A stretch of 64,000 bases of DNA from Phoronis australis (Eukaryota; Animalia; Phoronida). Of this stretch, positions 60,695-64,000 are shown in pieces. The notes below the pieces were generated by a model. The model ran no database searches and was not told the origin of the DNA. It worked only from the letters and a program-made list of their open reading frames with translations. How positions within the stretch are numbered: the stretch's first letter is position 1; each line of letters opens with the position of its first letter. The stretch is taken from positions 232,878 through 296,877 of the forward strand of contig NMRA01000488.1 in assembly GCA_002633005.1 (NCBI GenBank), given 5' to 3'. Position numbers and translations under genes: made by a program.

Positions 60695-63600
60695 ATGTAA
60701 GTGGATAAGATGCTGAAAACTTTTTAGATGACCAGTACCAAGTCACTTGCTTAAGGGGAGACGTGAAATTAGACTTGGCGTTTTGTGTCAACTTCTCGTT
60801 CTTTTACATTCAATCCAGACAGTATTCATCCTAACGACCTATAAGTGGTTCTCATTCATTTCCTTGCATGCACTCATTCAGTCACTAGTAAGACCGAGCT
60901 CAGAGGAGCACGATACATTTCTTGCAATGCCAGAATTCGGCCCTTGTATCCAAACGGGAGTTCGGAGCTCAAATCACTGTCTCTTAGAACTTTACCTCCG
61001 CTCAGGCTTCGCTTATTGTGGCTCAGCTCAGTACCTGAACCTGAGGTAGTAGCGGACGCACTCCTAATAGAAGCTTGTGCAAAATTGATTTGGCACACTT
61101 CAGTTTGGGTGGAGCTGGAAAGCTAAACTGAAGGTATGGTAAGTTCCCAAGTTATTGCCAGGCATTCATGAATTTTTAAAGCATATCAGAACTGAAATTG
61201 ATGCATGGGTACAGTTGCTCTGATGCTCAGCTTAGTTGCCTATTTCGAAATGAGGATTTGTTGTAAGTCGTATATATAATTTTTTCTATTTTTTGGTGGC
61301 CCTACCAGGTATTTATGATTCTGGTAAGGTGATTACCCTCAAACGACACAAAAGCAGATGCTTGGAAACTGGCATTGTAATCTGTCATTATCTTTTTTGT
61401 TTTAGGAATAACCGTCCAGGTTCTTCTGCACGAAGGGGTGTCCCCCTCATGGGAGGCAAGCCACCAGGCACAGGTAAACATTAATCATTGTTGTTAATTC
61501 ATTGCCAAGTGTTTTGAAACACAGCTAATGTTTCAAAGTTAGTATATATGATTCACATATTCTGTATTGAATAAATCAATATTCATGTCCTGTTGAAGGT
61601 GAAAAAATATGATTCTTTTAAAAATATGGCACATCTTCTTATGCCTAATGAAGTTATAGATTTTGTTTAGTTAAATTATCGCAATTACTTGTGTTAATGT
61701 GCAGTCTGTGCCTGAAGTATTTTACTAGTTTTCTTAACTTAGTTTAGTGTACACTCAATGACCTGTCTCATGAGCTTGGTGTGCACTCAATGACTTGTTT
61801 CATGAGCTTGGCATGGCCTGTGAAATTACATTATATCATTCTTTCCATGAAACATGTAAAATCATATTTAATAATTTTTCATGTTCAAATTTTCTACTTC
61901 AGCTGCCATCAAGCAAAGTTTTGAAAAACTGTTGGACATTCAATTCACAATCATGTTAGAAGCCTTTGAAAATTGAAAATAAGCATTTTTGTCCAGACTT
62001 GAGGAAATTTTACCATATATACTTGCAAACTGTTTTATCACAGCAGCACCAAATGTCCTCATCCTGCTTATATATCCCTGAATCTAGAATAGACTAATGA
62101 CTTTTGTGTTTTGATGGAGCTGGTTCTTCTGTGTTATCATTTAACGTCAGTTGACACAATGCTGATAGTGAGTACTCTTCTACATAGCTAGGGCGTCATC
62201 AGAAAATTGTTCACATGATAATTGTGCATCCAGCGTGCTGAATTTGTTGTGTTGTCATCTTTACAGCCAGTGGTCGGCCTCCTGGCACAGCTACGCGCTT
62301 AACTACAGGCATGGTATGTATAAGTTGGGAAAAATCAACAGAGATACTCATCCCTGTATTTGATGGGAGTATGCATTTAAATATTTGATACCGCTATCCT
62401 ATAATGAGTATTTTTTAGATTTAAAATTACTGATCTAAAATATACTCTTTCTACAGTTTTTGGCGAAAGGTAAACATCAGTGTATTATATTATTTGCTCA
62501 GATAGTGATTGTTTTTAGCAGCATTGGAGTATCGCCCATAGAAGAAATTGGACAATGATCTCTGCATATTTATTTGAAATATTCTTGTATCTGTACCTTG
62601 TATTTATTGTGTTAACAAATATCTTAATGTTTGGTTACGAAACTTATTATTTTTCAGAAGCCATGTATCTGAATACAAGTAAACTTCTGAATTTATACCT
62701 AAGCGATCTTAGTACGAGTTGCAAAATAAAAACTATGGCAATAAATAAGTGTAAGACAAACTTTTTGCAGAGTGACAACAATAATGCCTCATACCTGACA
62801 ATTCAAACAAGGAATTAGATATCATATATTTAGAGAACGTTAATTTTAGTGGACGTTTTTAATCTGCCCGTGACAGGTTCCGGGAACAGCCATGCGCGGC
62901 GCGGTGCCAGGCGGTGGAGGAATGGCTCTGAGTGCACAGATCAATGTCACTGACAGACCTATGACTCAACAAGGTCTTGGGGGAATGAAGACTGGAGCCA
63001 AGGGTCCCCAGAGACAAGTTCAGGACAAAAGCTATTTCATGGGTCAACTAAGGTCAGTGAATCCGGTAACAGTCACTTACAAGGATTCTGCGTTTCGAGA
63101 ACTGGTTTTCTCCTCTGAATTATGGGCACTAAACTGGTTCTCAAAATCCGGATCCGTTGCGTCTATTGCCATGAAGCATGTTGAACTTGATTTCTGTTTT
63201 TACTGTCTGTTGCTGGACATGTTGCTACCTTGTTTTCACGGTCACTATTTAAGCTTGTACATTTTTGTTCTAACTTTCATACATTCGTGCTTGGCTGTAA
63301 GTGCCATATAAAGAGGTTTAGTTTCTAAGAGTATTTAAGTTTTGAATGATAAATCAGGATTAACTCTAGGATCTGACTCATTAATTGTTGTTTCATTTGG
63401 ATTTATGACAAAATATCTGTTACGTTTTATTTTTCTCCTTATTTTTCTCCCTTGACTGCAATTGATACTGAATTGTGTAATTTGGAGGTATGATAAGTTT
63501 GCGCGTTTTAATTTATTTGAATCTTTCTTACCTCTTCATTTTATATAATGTTGTATTTATTGTGTTATTGGTATGTGGTTTTAAGGTTTATATTTCGGTC

Positions 63601-63709
63601 ATTGTTTTAGAGCAAAAATTACAGAGCTGAATGCTGAAAACATCCGCATGCGAAAAGAGCTCGATCAGACTAATGAAGAAAATCACAGCTTCTTGACATA
63701 TGAAAAAAG
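60695..63709 (+). CDS. IFT74: Intraflagellar transport protein 74, 5' part (runs off the window)
   Basis: Exons: AT at 60695-60696 (inferred split start codon), 61406-61473 (NNRPGSSARRGVPLMGGKPPGT), 62267-62313 (SGRPPGTATRLTTGM), 62877-63052 (LSAQINVTDRPMTQQGLGGMKTGAKGPQRQVQDKSYFMGQLR) and 63611-63709 (AKITELNAENIRMRKELDQTNEENHSFLTYEKR). This matches the IFT74 motif RP.TQQGL.GMKTG.KGPQRQ..DKSY. Confidence 0.93.
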
Positions 63710-64000
63710 GTGAGAAATTTTGTGTCTTCTTAAGTGAACCGTTCTCGGATTTTTTTCAGTTTTACCTGTGTCAGAATTGTCGATGGGTAATTCAAAGAGT
63801 GAGGTCTTCATGTCATCACTCTTTGTCATAATTAATCAGGGCCCGGTCTCTAATCTTTGTACTCGAAATGAACTCGAAACTATTTTTGGCAATTTCTCTG
63901 CTCCTTTTGTGCGAACTTAAGATAATTGGTTATCAGACTGTGCTCGAATACATTATAGCTTATGCATAGGAGTTTCTAGTTCAAGTTTGCCCTTGAAGAC

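Overview
AT-rich, intron-rich animal DNA, probably an invertebrate (taxon is inference only). It comes from a draft assembly with a 536-N gap (38515-39050) and single-N joins at 21385, 48601, 50645 and 52399. Nearly all ORF-track entries are noise, so genes were rebuilt by hand from GT-AG exons. Four genes were found: (1) a minus-strand gene for an unusual small protein with two EH domains and a coiled coil, possibly joined by microexons (~1.4-35.6 kb), five of whose exons are doubled by a 7.2-kb repeat that is probably an assembly artefact; (2) ATP6V0B (V-ATPase c'', +, 5' exons probably in the gap); (3) a complete RPA2 (-, 8 coding exons); (4) the 5' part of IFT74 (+). The rest is a dense patchwork of palindromic DNA elements: MITEs, hAT-, Harbinger- and Kolobok-like pieces, a 1.53-kb near-perfect palindrome between two divergent gene starts, decayed Myb/SANT and THAP remnants, and tRNA-derived SINE heads. 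No CRISPR array or rRNA was seen, and no tRNA I can call functional.
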